This document shows, one piece after another, positions 12,461-25,455 of a stretch of DNA of 64,000 nt (the first letter of the stretch is position 1; each line of letters opens with the position of its first letter). This stretch comes from Tubulanus polymorphus (taxonomy: Eukaryota; Animalia; Nemertea): NCBI RefSeq assembly GCF_964204645.1, contig NC_134032.1, positions 3,310,175 to 3,374,174 on the forward strand. The letters run 5' to 3'. Both the position numbers and the translations under genes were made by a program. The notes under the pieces were generated by a model, which had not been told where the DNA came from, did not search any database, and worked only from the letters and a program-made list of their open reading frames with translations.

Positions 12461-15400
12461 TTAACCCTCTCCTATCGCAAAGATAGTTTGTTTAATTAAA
12501 GTCATTTCCCTTTTAGCTCTACATTTCTGTTCCCTTAACCATATTTTCAACTCTGAAATTTTGATCCTTTCCATTGGACTCTTAAAGTTATCAAATACAC
12601 CCATATCACGTTCGGCATTCACAATGAATACATCAGCTGCAACTAGTTCATTCACCATCAACGAAACATCCTTAAATTTAGATACTGAACTTTTTGAGCC
12701 ACCTTTTATTGGTGAACCGCTGAAACTTTGCACATTGTTAACAATTTCGTCAATTATTTGGCAGGATTTTGCTGATTTAAATGTTACATTTGCTCCTTGA
12801 TCACACAATTTCTGCTTTATTTTCTTAACTTTTATTTTAACCAGGTTATCGTTAGGGATGTTGTTTCCTAATCCTCCTCGGAGATTAACTCCTATGTTCC
12901 ATTCATATTCGAAAGCTTGTTTTTCTGTTTATAGGGCAAGTTCATATGCATTCATACCCCAAAGCCATAATCGGTATTTGGTACATGACCGCATGGAAAT
13001 GCATTAAGCATTTCAAATTTCGCATTTCGAAAAGAGCGATCACCATCACTATATTTGAAACTGTCATTCGTGTCATGTAAGAGTAGACCTAGCTGTATAA
13101 ACGCGCTACTTAATGCTGGCCAACTGTCCACAGTTTTTTCCAATTTGGGAGATTCATCGGGTAAATCCCAGTCATGCATTTCTACCAAATGTTTCCTCAG
13201 GTTCTTCATTATTTTGTAAGGTTTATTACAAACCTTACATCTAAACACATCCCCTGAAATATGGAAGAGATTAATAATCAATTTAGTCAAACATTTAAAA
13301 AAATTAAGTACCAGGGGTAATTTAATTTACCAATTCGCATTTCTGATAGAATGATGACTAAATCGCTTGGTTCTGCAACATTTTGTGAAACATAATCTAC
13401 GTAACTATCAAAAATATCATCCAGTAGAATAAAACATGGGAGAAATGTTAGTAATAATCATACATGCTCATACCATTTTGAATCTAGAAACTCGATTTAT
13501 AACATATATTTCAAGTCACGTGCAGAGTCTGTGCTAGAAACTGTATTCGATTCATCCAGATATTGTCATGTCCATTTATTATACTACAGATAGGGAAAAT
13601 AATCTAACAAAATTCATAAACAGAAGATTTGGTAGATGCTGAATTAGCCTTTTTTGTAACAAAACTAGAGCAGTATAGTAAATGTCCTTGACGGAACTAG
13701 TAATTACTTGAAAGATTGATAATCCGTCAGCGATCAGTCGCCGCCTCATAGACCTAAGATTTTAAAATGTCACCCGATAAATATTCATTACTCTATGAAG
13801 ACCTTCAGGATGATGGATGATACTCGACAACTTTTGGCAGTCAGTAACAACATTTTTCATTGAAAACTGTGCTGAATAAGCTCGTTCATTTGTCAGGACA
13901 TCTCCACCAAATACAATTTTCCCGAGACGTGACGGTGTACCTGCATTCAGCAGTGGTACATACTCACTCTGAATGTGCTGAAGGATACGTATGATTCCTG
14001 CTGTTTCATTTTCCGATTCTTCCATTAAATCCACTAATAAATACTCTGATTTCGATTTGCTCTGATGTATGTATGGATGAGGGATACATTCAGGCAGCAA
14101 ACTAGCATAAGGTATCAAACACTTTACGTAACTGACGAGCACTTTCGCAACGTGGAAAGACGTACAATCAATAAGTTTATTACAATCTTCATCGGTGGGT
14201 AAGAACTGAATTTCTTGAAAGTCAGCGATGTCAGACTTTGGTTTTGTGTCGTCAAGCGGTAAAAACCTTTTCTTGACACAAACATTTAAAAACCAATGAA
14301 TACTTTTCCTTTGAAGCTCCGAGTTATATAGGTAGGCGATATAGTTAAGTCCAAGTTATCTCCGATAACATCAAATGGAGTTTTTTTCTATCGTACAATC
14401 CAAGCTCTTCAAATACTTACACGTAGCAGGAATCGATGCAACAGCAATTACTGGTGAACTACATGTAGTAGAATTACTTATAGGCATTCCATTTTCATTA
14501 GAACATTGACAGATTTGTTTTGTAAAGTTGTTTGCTCATTATGACATGTAAAATACATCGGTCGATGCTTACTTTGGACGGAAGAACATTGGTTTGATTT
14601 TTTTCATAGACACATGACTATAGACGGAACGACAATGGTTGAACGAAGAGGCAACTTTGACCACAGCTTTTGATTCACATTCTTTCTCATGTAATGTGAC
14701 CTGATGACTTGGAAACAGTGTTTCAGTCCTCATAGGATCAGAACATATTTTGCTATAATGCACTTCCTTCGTTACCGGATATTTCTCATAGTGTTTGACT
14801 ATTTGATTTCTAGACTCCAGCACTTGCTTATCGATAGCATATCTTTTTTCTGTGTATAATGCATCGCCTGAATTTCTTTTTTGTTGAGAATAGATCTATT
14901 CGATACACTGAGCCCCATGTGATTACACATTGTTATAACCTAAAAATAAATTTCAATCATGTACTCTACATCTGAATAAAAATCAAATGTTCTCGGTCAA
15001 CTGCAAGTCCTTTCTGGTCCTAATAAGACTTCTGTCAGTTATGTACCACCAAAACTGATTGAGCTATGCCACCTGATGTGCTCTCAAGCCAAGTTGAAAT
15101 AGACATTAGTGTGGCAGGGGATTGTGCCGTGGCAGAGTGTAGCGATGCCTTCAGGTTCGAATCCTTGCCAAGGGAGGATGAAATATGAATGTAAGTGGAA
15201 ATATAATTGAACATAATCAGGCAAATTTTAGAAAACATTGAAACACTATTCTACCGGTTAGCGTCTTACCTTATCTGACGTACCACCATCATCAAGAGCT
15301 AAACCAACAATATGCTGCATGACTGACAACATGCGATTACGACTGAACAGCATGATCGAGCCAGCCATTGCCATTTGCTGCTCCTTCTGGTAAGAAGTTG

Positions 15401-16585
15401 TGGTCCCATAGACTTCGGTTCTTAAAATGTCAACAAACATCTTCGTTGCCATTCATCTTGCCATTCATCTATGATAATATCTGGCTTGAAGTTCAGTAGA
15501 CTAGTCACATCAGATGACCGTAAAACTGACGGTGGATCCATCGCGCACAGTGAAATTATCTCCTGGTTCAAATGATGTAACATTAATTCGAATATCTCCG
15601 TTTTGTACATATTTACAATGGAAGCAACCACCACATGCCTTGGCTTTCCAGCAACTAATTTCATCAAAAATCCTCGGCTTTTTTTCGGAAGCCACGGAAC
15701 GTCTAGTCTGCGATGGGTATGCAACAGTAACAGTGACGTAGATTCACAAAGAAAAGAAAAGAGAATAAGACCAGTTGTAGAAACTTACTTGAACTTACTA
15801 GAACTACAATGAATTCCATGCTAGACTAAGCTCAGAACCTTGTAGCAGGCCTAACATATTAACAAGAAAATACAAACTAACGCTAGTTTCTTCTTGGCTC
15901 TGGATGGAGAGGCACGCTGTAAAAGTAAATTTATATTTAGAATAGACAGCAGTAAACTTTATGAAGGCGATGGATCATTATCGACGATTAATAATACTAC
16001 AGCGGCATAATGATAGTCTACTTAAGTGAATTGTGTATTTTGTACCAAAGATTTAAATGCTACATACCGGTAATACAAACGTAATAGTTCGTTTGCACTT
16101 TTTAGACGAACACAGCGCTGGTGATAGTATCTTCGAGTTAAATTTTGACTGGGGTGTCGAAGTCTTCTGCACTTTTTCACGAGGTACAGGTGTCTGCCCA
16201 CTGGGGATGCGACAACGTTTCACCGGTTTGGTATTCTCAGAGTCCGACTCAGTTGGCAGTTCAAATTCATTAGTCTCGGCCACATCTAAAGATTCAGTCT
16301 TGACTGACAGAGACAATTATGTCAATAAACGTCATCCTGATACGCATGTAATAGGCTCACAATATCTTGCTGCACATCTTTCAATTTGTTCGCAGCATTT
16401 GAAAATTTTCTTTATTTCGATAAACATTCACGACACAAGATGTCACTTACTCGTTTTCGGTTATTGGTGTCCAAAAACGACATGTACAGCGATAATAACG
16501 CCGGTTGGAAAGTGACTGAATCTATTCTCACACGCATACGAGAGTCATCAACAGACTTTTTGCACAGATCACAAATCTTTGACAT
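12461..16585 (-). pseudogene. AcademH-type (DUF6589-like) transposase, multi-exon, disrupted
   Basis: N-terminal CDLC...CREC Zn motif, DVIGDNLD (about 14350-14373), FGGDVLTNERA, HPEGLH, C2H2 finger CKVCNKPY...HLVEMH, DGDRSFR..K, VNLRGGLGNNIPNDNLV, QGAN. Several stops and frameshifts. Confidence 0.75.
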
Positions 16586-19500
16586 TGTAACAGGTACACG
16601 TACGCATCAGTAATTAAGAACATTCAGCATCTGAACGGGATGAACTTACGTGTATCGAGCAAAGCACACGAGAACGAACAAACAAACTATGCTATGGAAA
16701 TCATATAAATGGGAAAAACCCGGGCGGAAGTATGGGCCAAATGAAACATGATTTCTGATTGGCTGACAATGACATCACGGTAGAGCTGCGCATGTATCTG
16801 CGCACACGGTCGTTTATGGCAGGGTTTCGTGCCGTTGCAATCTCGATGCCATCAGGTTCGAATCCCTGACGGGGGAGGATGGGTCCCGCCATCTTCGTTA
16901 AGAAACTGGACGATATCACAGTGTCCGAATATGTGAACTGGGTTATATTTCACTGCAGGAGATACGTAACGGCGAGGGGACTGAAACAGTAATACTATGA
17001 ATAACCTGTCTCAGTGACACACGCATTCTTTCTTTTTGAATTTATTTTTCTTACCACTTTCATACGGGTAGCCTCTGACATGGTAGGTTTTGATATTTAA
17101 AAAATCTGTTTCATGCCTTGAGGATAAAGTTAAGATATATTTCTGGACCATGCTTTCTTTACGTCAATACAGTGCATCCATTGACTGGTAGCCCCGGGAA
17201 TATCACTTTTAGAAAAATATAATTACAAGTGGAACAATTGGTTAGCTAAATGACGTGAAATATTTGAGTAATGCAATTCAATGTAATTGGTTCAAAAAGA
17301 TAATCGAACTCCCAGCAGGAAGATTGATAGCAATATTATACAAATTCAACACGGTGGGACAGATGAATTATTCCACGAAGTCCGATTGCAGGCTCGGAAA
17401 GACACGAGGAAAAATGTTATTCTGCATGCCTGTTAACCCGTATGCTTTAATTGTACGGGAAATTCAGTTTTCTTTTTCATGTACTTCGTACATGGATCAT
17501 TATATGGGAATTTGCAAAAAATAGAAGTGGTTTTTTCCATGAATGAGAATGATTGACCTGGAGAATAAAGGCGTTCAAATTTTCAAATTCATACCTTTGA
17601 AAGGTTCAACCTTCGTTATTTTGTAAGGTTTTCCAAAATATTCTATGTCATGGCAACCCTATATTCAGCGGAGAAGTGGCTCATTTCAGATTTAATGAAA
17701 CGACAATATTTCCATCAGCAACAGATGCAGGGGTGCACTTCTAGCATGTACACCACCTCCTCACGACACAATCTCTTGCTTTTTGGAGTCCAAGGTTTTG
17801 GACTCCAACCGTGTCAGAGATGCATCTCAGGCGCCGGTGTTGTCATATCGCGGAATAACTGAATCGCGGAGTTTTTTAAAAACACGGATTTTCTTCACTC
17901 TCACTATAAATAGTAACCATGTTTTCCCGCGGGGATGCCCTGTGTCGCTCAAGGCACCTGACCAATCGATGCACTGAGTTAGCTTCGAATCACACTATTA
18001 AGCACGCAATCTTATCTGACATTATTGTTCTATGATACCGTTCATCTGCAGTCAGAATGTAGACTTTTTGCGATCTCAAGTAGATTTGAGCACAGTCGCT
18101 CTAGCTTGGGTCGTAGTCAGATGGCTGCAAACATGAAATGTGCTACTACCAAACATGTACCGCGATTCCATGAATATTATTTCAATAGAAACCGCCGTCT
18201 AGTACCGATAATACGTATTTAGACTCAAGGAATCAACGCGGAGAATCAACTAAGTAACAGCTTTCTCTTCAAGAATAACGGAATCAACTAAGTAACAAAT
18301 GATGTAACATTAATTCGAATATCTCCGTTTTGTACATATTTACAATGGAAGCAACCACCACATGCCTTGGCTTTCCAGCAACTAATTTCATCAAAAATCC
18401 TCGGCTTTTTTTCGGAAGCCACGGAACGTCTAGTCTGCGATGGGTATGCAACAGTAACAGTGACGTAGATTCACAAAGAAAAGAAAAGAGAATAAGACCA
18501 GTTGTAGAAACTTACTTGAACTTACTAGAACTACAATGAATTCCATGCTAGACTAAGCTCAGAACCTTGTAGCAGGCCTAACATATTAACAAGAAAATAC
18601 AAACTAACGCTAGTTTCTTCTTGGCTCTGGATGGAGAGGCACGCTGTAAAAGTAAATTTATATTTAGAATAGACAGCAGTAAACTTTATGAAGGCGATGG
18701 ATCATTATCGACGATTAATAATACTACAGCGGCATAATGATAGTCTACTTAAGTGAATTGTGTATTTTGTACCAAAGATTTAAATGCTACATACCGGTAA
18801 TACAAACGTAATAGTTCGTTTGCACTTTTTAGACGAACACAGCGCTGGTGATAGTATCTTCGAGTTAAATTTTGACTGGGGTGTCGAAGTCTTCTGCACT
18901 TTTTCACGAGGTACAGGTGTCTGCCCACTGGGGATGCGACAACGTTTCACCGGTTTGGTATTCTCAGAGTCCGACTCAGTTGGCAGTTCAAATTCATTAG
19001 TCTCGGCCACATCTAAAGATTCAGTCTTGACTGACAGAGACAATTATGTCAATAAACGTCATCCTGATACGCATGTAATAGGCTCACAATATCTTGCTGC
19101 ACATCTTTCAATTTGTTCGCAGCATTTGAAAATTTTCTTTATTTCGATAAACATTCACGACACAAGATGTCACTTACTCGTTTTCGGTTATTGGTGTCCA
19201 AAAACGACATGTACAGCGATAATAACGCCGGTTGGAAAGTGACTGAATCTATTCTCACACGCATACGAGAGTCATCAACAGACTTTTTGCACAGATCACA
19301 AATCTTTGACATTGTAACAGGTACACGTACGCATCAGTAATTAAGAACATTCAGCATCTGAACGGGATGAACTTACGTGTATCGAGCAAAGCACACGAGA
19401 ACGAACAAACAAACTATGCTATGGAAATCATATAAATGGGAAAAACCCGGGCGGAAGTATGGGCCAAATGAAACATGATTTCTGATTGGCTGACAATGAC

Positions 19501-21024
19501 ATCACGGTAGAGCTGCGCATGTATCTGCGCACACGGTCGTTTATGGCAGGGTTTCGTGCCGTGGCAATCTCGATGCCATCAGGTTCGAATCCCTGACGGG
19601 GGAGGATGGGTCCCGCCATCTTCGTTAAGAAACTGGACGATATCACAGTGTCCGAATATGTGAACTGGGTTATATTTCACTGCAGGAGATACGTAACGGC
19701 GAGGGGACTGAAACAGTAATACTATGAATAACCTGTCTCAGTGACACACGCATTCTTTCTTTTTGAATTTATTTTTCTTACCACTTTCATACGGGTAGCC
19801 TCTGACATGGTAGGTTTTGATATTTAAAAAATCTGTTTCATGCCTTGAGGATAAAGTTAAGATATATTTCTGGACCATGCTTTCTTTACGTCAATACAGT
19901 GCATCCATTGACTGGTAGCCCCGGGAATATCACTTTTAGAAAAATATAATTACAAGTGGAACAATTGGTTAGCTAAATGACGTGAAATATTTGAGTAATG
20001 CAATTCAATGTAATTGGTTCAAAAAGATAATCGAACTCCCAGCAGGAAGATTGATAGCAATATTATACAAATTCAACACGGTGGGACAGATGAATTATTC
20101 CACGAAGTCCGATTGCAGGCTCGGAAAGACACGAGGAAAAATGTTATTCTGCATGCCTGTTAACCCGTATGCTTTAATTGTACGGGAAATTCAGTTTTCT
20201 TTTTCATGTACTTCGTACATGGATCATTATATGGGAATTTGCAAAAAATAGAAGTGGTTTTTTCCATGAATGAGAATGATTGACCTGGAGAATAAAGGCG
20301 TTCAAATTTTCAAATTCATACCTTTGAAAGGTTCAACCTTCGTTATTTTGTAAGGTTTTCCAAAATATTCTATGTCATGGCAACCCTATATTCAGCGGAG
20401 AAGTGGCTCATTTCAGATTTAATGAAACGACAATATTTCCATCAGCAACAGATGCAGGGGTGCACTTCTAGCATGTACACCACCTCCTCACGACACAATC
20501 TCTTGCTTTTTGGAGTCCAAGGTTTTGGACTCCAACCGTGTCAGAGATGCATCTCAGGCGCCGGTGTTGTCATATCGCGGAATAACTGAATCGCGGAGTT
20601 TTTTAAAAACACGGATTTTCTTCACTCTCACTATAAATAGTAACCATGTTTTCCCGCGGGGATGCCCTGTGTCGCTCAAGGCACCTGACCAATCGATGCA
20701 CTGAGTTAGCTTCGAATCACACTATTAAGCACGCAATCTTATCTGACATTATTGTTCTATGATACCGTTCATCTGCAGTCAGAATGTAGACTTTTTGCGA
20801 TCTCAAGTAGATTTGAGCACAGTCGCTCTAGCTTGGGTCGTAGTCAGATGGCTGCAAACATGAAATGTGCTACTACCAAACATGTACCGCGATTCCATGA
20901 ATATTATTTCAATAGAAACCGCCGTCTAGTACCGATAATACGTATTTAGACTCAAGGAATCAACGCGGAGAATCAACTAAGTAACAGCTTTCTCTTCAAG
21001 AATAACGGAATCAACTAAGTAACA
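15569..21024. repeat. Near-perfect direct tandem duplication, unit 2,727 bp (15569-18297 / 18296-21024)
   Basis: Identical ORF set offset by 2,727. Only one difference was noticed by eye (gccgttgca vs gccgtggca). 2-bp CA microhomology at the junction. Confidence 0.97.
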
Positions 21025-21714
21025 GCTTTCTCTTCAAGAATAACGGAGTTAAAAAAAGATACCATTTTATATATAATCTTTAACATCATTCAACTTTTAT
21101 TAGCTCTTCTAGATATTTTTCTTCTAGCAATTTAGCTCTTCTAGACAATTTACACGCATTAAAAGTCCAAAGCCAGAATATGCATAATGTGTATCTGTTT
21201 TCGTCCGACATCGTTCATTTTGGGATAATTTCTCTTGACCGTATAAAAATGTACCTCGTTTGGTCATAATACGACCAATGAAACAGTGCAGTCTTAATAA
21301 CCATCGTTTTTATATCTATTTCACAATGCAGCATTTATTGAATTAGTTTAAGGGGTTTATTAATGGTAACATTCACTGAACTCGTATATGTGGTCTCACC
21401 CGACGCACTGCCTTGAGTACAGGCCCGATGCACAAATTACTGTGATTGGTTCAGCAGTCAATGTTGATAGATTAATTGCCCACGTAGGTTCTCTATTTTT
21501 TCGTTTGGAAGTATCATAAATTTGTTGAGCGACGATGGTAATAGATTATCACATAGGCCTACCAGGTATCGGTAATGAAACCATGCGTCCGGTGCCTTGT
21601 CCAACAAGGGTTATCCCGTGGAAAAACACGGTTATTATGTATAGTGGAAATGCAGAAATTTCCGTGTTGTTGGAAAATGCTGCGATTCCGTGATTCCGCG
21701 ATATGACAACACCG
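20562..21714. mobile_element. MITE with long (about 150 bp) TIRs and 9-bp TSD CTCAGGCGC
   Basis: Termini CGGTGTTGTCATATCGCGGAA...TTCCGCGATATGACAACACCG; TSD at 20553-20561 and 21715-21723. The left half is also duplicated at 17835-18297. Confidence 0.9.
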
Positions 21715-22174
21715 CTCAGGCGCATCTTATATTCAAAAGAATTTCGCGGGGAACTCCCAGACCAAAAACTTTGCTTTGTCCTCCCCTAACCGAAATCCCG
21801 AATCCTCCGCTGACAATATTTTAGCAAATCTCCTCTGAGGTAACGGGTAGCTATAGCTCGTATCTAAACCCGTCCCGTGGACGGGTTGTGCTAGTATTCA
21901 TATACTCTAAATGGATTATGTCTATGACTAATTTTTCTATTCAATTTGTCAAACAAAACTTACGCAATATTATGTTCTTTCTATTAGTAAAATGTGATTC
22001 AAATAGAAGCAGTGCTATTGATTACTTCATAATATACTTCTGAAAGTGTAATGCCAGCGCAGTATTCAAATGTAACTCTACGTAGTGCCCGACAGCAGCG
22101 TTAATCTATTGAGAATCTGTTACCATAGCATTCAGCGATTATTTCTTAATGCCGTAAAATCTCTCTCGCCAGTT

Positions 22175-23209
22175 ATGTTACTGCCAAGGACGACAATAAG
22201 AAACGGTTCAAATGGCACGATGGAAAATTCTACAGTTGAACAACACTGTTCATTGAATAAGGTCATCTTTAACATCGTAATCGTGTATGTTTACTGTTTA
22301 CCTGCAATTTGGAGCACTGGATTTTTCCTCAATATTTACACATACGTCATTCTATATCGTTTTAAATCAGATGTAACCACATATTACATTCTGCGACTAC
22401 TTGCAATTGCGGATAATATGTTTATATTAGGCACAGCTGTTGCGAGGTCTGGGAGATATTTCGATGGCCTGCTTAAGTTTGGTGTACATCTTTATTACTT
22501 GGATCGCTTAGAATTTGTTGGTGCAATTCTGATACGTCATACGCGCGAGTTACAAGAAATTTTCAAAATGATTAGAAACCTACTTACGATGCTGATCAGT
22601 TTGGAACGATTAACTGTGGTGTTATTTCCTTTAAGATCTAAAATCATTTGTACTAAACGCACTTGTAATATTTGTTTATTGTGTATAATTATCATTGCTT
22701 TAGCCACTCAAGGCTGGATGTATTTCACTTTACACAATAAACGAATGCAATCTCTTTGTCCATTTAGACGTAACCTGTGGGCTATAGCCGTCGTCGATCG
22801 ACGAGTTTCAAGAATAAAGGGTCTGACACACATATTAGGCATATTGGTACCTCTTTCTGGTATAGTTCTTGCAAATATAATTTTAGTAAATTCATTGCGT
22901 CGAGCTTCCAAAAGACGCATCGAAATCAGCACTCAAAAAATGAATGACAACCAAGCTGTTGTACTAGCGATTGCAGTTATAACGACTTTTGCTGTATTCG
23001 AAATGCCAACGGCCGTGCACAAGTTGCTCTATCAATTTTTTGATTTCAAAGGTTTCATCCCGGATCTTAATTTCTTCTTTGTAGCGTCAGTGTTTGATCA
23101 GATCGATTCCTCTGTCAATTTTGTGGTTTATTGTTTGTGTAGTAAAAGATTCCGATCGCTTGCGTTTAACACTTGCCCACATCAAATGTGCAGACATCGC
23201 CCCAAATAG
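22175..23209 (+). CDS. Intronless rhodopsin-class GPCR (FMRFamide-receptor/Srw-like, putative chemoreceptor)
   Basis: Seven hydrophobic segments, LAIAD (TM2), ISLERL..V.FPL (TM3), FEMP (TM6), SSVNFVVY..CSKRFR (TM7/H8). First ATG at 22175; N-glycosylation sites at the N-terminus. Confidence 0.9.
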   Translation: MLLPRTTIRNGSNGTMENSTVEQHCSLNKVIFNIVIVYVYCLPAIWSTGFFLNIYTYVILYRFKSDVTTYYILRLLAIADNMFILGTAVARSGRYFDGLLKFGVHLYYLDRLEFVGAILIRHTRELQEIFKMIRNLLTMLISLERLTVVLFPLRSKIICTKRTCNICLLCIIIIALATQGWMYFTLHNKRMQSLCPFRRNLWAIAVVDRRVSRIKGLTHILGILVPLSGIVLANIILVNSLRRASKRRIEISTQKMNDNQAVVLAIAVITTFAVFEMPTAVHKLLYQFFDFKGFIPDLNFFFVASVFDQIDSSVNFVVYCLCSKRFRSLAFNTCPHQMCRHRPK

Positions 23210-25214
23210 CGAGGTGAGCGATCGTAATTTCTTAAAATGGAAGATAATATCGCTGGATGTCAAAACGTCTATACGGTATATCGAGTCGCACTCCTGTTCA
23301 GTGATGAGAATATTGTTTCCAAAATACAATTTCTCTCTACCTATTACATACCCTACCCAATTTTGCACATTAACCGTAAACAAAGCAAATGAAAAAGAGA
23401 GGGCACTGCCTGTACCAAGAGACCAAAAGAAACTGAGCTCCATCAAAAGGATAAATTTTCGAGAAAATAAGGAACAAATCGACTCAGATACTAAAATACA
23501 AGAAGAAAATAAATTCAAGATAAACCTGGGTATCAAAACTGATGAAACGGGAAGAATGTAGTCCGATCAAAACGTAAGACCAGGCCCGTGCAAAATTATG
23601 AATCTTCGTGTGAATGCGAATCGGTGAATATTGATCCCTTTTCAATTGACACGGGCCAAATTTCACACGTGTCTGGTTGGGGTCAGTTTCTCCCTATGGT
23701 CATGGTCATAAGTAACCAAGTATGCTGATTATTGTGTTTTGTTATTATATCTACGACCTGCGAGCAATTATCTCAAGATAGTACGAAAAGTATCCACGAC
23801 TGGTTGGCGAACAAACCACGACGTCATGTGCATGAGAAAGAGAATTGAGCTAGCTGCCGGAGTATGATGTCCTACCCTCCGGGGTGAAGTTAACGGGATT
23901 AGATTTGGCAACGGACAAAAATTTCCCCATTTAGGTCACTTCCTTGTCCAGGATGGTTTTTTATCGGATCCAAAAAGAAACCGAAGTGTCCAGCACATCG
24001 ATTAAAAAAGAGAATTAGCCTGTATCCAATGCATCTAATACATCTGTTCGTTTCGGTATCCTATTTCAGGAAAATACCCCGTTTCCTTCCAGGCAGGTGT
24101 GGCCGGTAGTAAAAAAGGCTCGACGTAAAATTGTCAAAACTTCCTATTCCTCAATGAATTTATGTTCGAATACGATAATGGACGCTTTCCGACCACATAA
24201 TCAAAAGCATAAATTATTCCCATTATAAGATTTTCTAAAATAGCTTCGTTTCTAATCATTCAGGAAACTACAAACACTGCTACACGCACTCTTTTTTCCA
24301 AAAACAATTTCCAAAGCCCAATTGAATACTCTCCCTCCATCAGTTGTTCTTACCCAGTCACCCGTATCCTTCAGGAGTCTGGTATCTGTGGCACAACCCT
24401 AGATTTATTCCGAAATCCTGTTGAGTGTTTTTAAAAATGTACATTATCTCTTTTATCATTATTATTAATCAGATTTCCCATGCACATTCTTTTCCTTCCT
24501 CTTTAAGACAGACGCGCACGCTCCAACAATACTAGCGAATGCTAATGTGCTGGAGTATATCAATGAATGGAATGAATGAACTAGTTTGTTAGAAAACATT
24601 GACAAAATATTTGTCTCTGAAAAGTCTTGGTGGCAAAATTCATCTAGCTAAAATGTCGTAATTCATTTTCCCATGTCTAGTTAAGTGGACCCATCGAGGG
24701 CGCCTGATAAAGCCATCAAAATCAACATTGATACGGTTTTTTGAATATATATATAACCACTTAATCAATTTACATTGAAAAGCTGCTAACTACCAAATAG
24801 ACTCACCATTGTAAACGGTCTAGTGAAGTTAAGCCAGGTTGATCCGTAGTCTGCGGGAATGAGCCCTAAATGAAAACGGTCATGAAATTCAAAATCGCAA
24901 TCTTCCCAATCCGAATGAAAGCAAAGAAGGTTGGGCGAAGATGGTAGAAAGGTATCTTGATTATGAATGCCGTCACTATTAAAAGTGATCTTATTAAAGT
25001 AAAAATGTAAATCGACGGACAAGTAGAAGCTCATATCTATCGGACTTGGGCTGGTTCGATTGGTCTACGGGTTAGCACGCTTGCCTTCTTCGAACGAGAC
25101 CCAGGTGTATCCTCATCGACTCGGTTCTGTACTTACTCCTGGCCGCTTGATTTTCAGTCCAGCTCTCCACTTCAGCTATCGAAAAGTCGGGACAAAGTTT
25201 GGTCCGATTGAAGG

Positions 25215-25425
25215 CACGGCCAGTACAGCTCTCAGACAGTCAGTACACTCTAAGACAGACACTATCAGACAGGCAGCACACTCTCAGACAGTCAGCACAC
25301 TCTCAGACAGTCAGTACACTCTCAGACAGACAGTACACTATCGGACAGGCAGCACACTCTCAGACAGTCAGCACACTCTCAGACAACCAGTACAGCTCTC
25401 AGACTGTCAGTACACTCTCAGATAG
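25215..25425. repeat. Minisatellite (about 17-19 bp, CAGT/CACACTCTCAGACA) directly upstream of a GPCR, preceded by a tRNA-SINE-like fragment (about 25065-25200)
   Basis: About 11 tandem units visible; explains the repetitive ORFs 25060 and 25199. Confidence 0.85.
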
Positions 25426-25455
25426 TAATACACTATCATTTGATCCGCATGAATC

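Larger units (their letters stand above)
9712..16881. mobile_element. AcademH-type DNA transposon (RecQ helicase plus transposase, convergent), decayed
   Basis: Imperfect TIRs of about 100 bp (CATCCTCCC...ACATGCGCA at 9712-9810; inverse at about 16785-16881) enclose convergent RecQ and GDNLD/GDxLT-type transposase genes. No matching TSD found. Confidence 0.8.

Noticed and set aside
16057-16515. 152-aa plus-strand ORF (and its duplicate at 18784)
   Set aside because: Antisense to the AcademH transposase 5' exon.
23087-23561. Overlapping 149-aa and 155-aa ORFs at the end of the 22-kb GPCR
   Set aside because: No recognisable motifs; alternative-frame or antisense ORFs over the GPCR 3' end and UTR.
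23920-24480. Gypsy-like and CR1 3'-end-like fragments
   Set aside because: Too degraded to assign boundaries or family with confidence.
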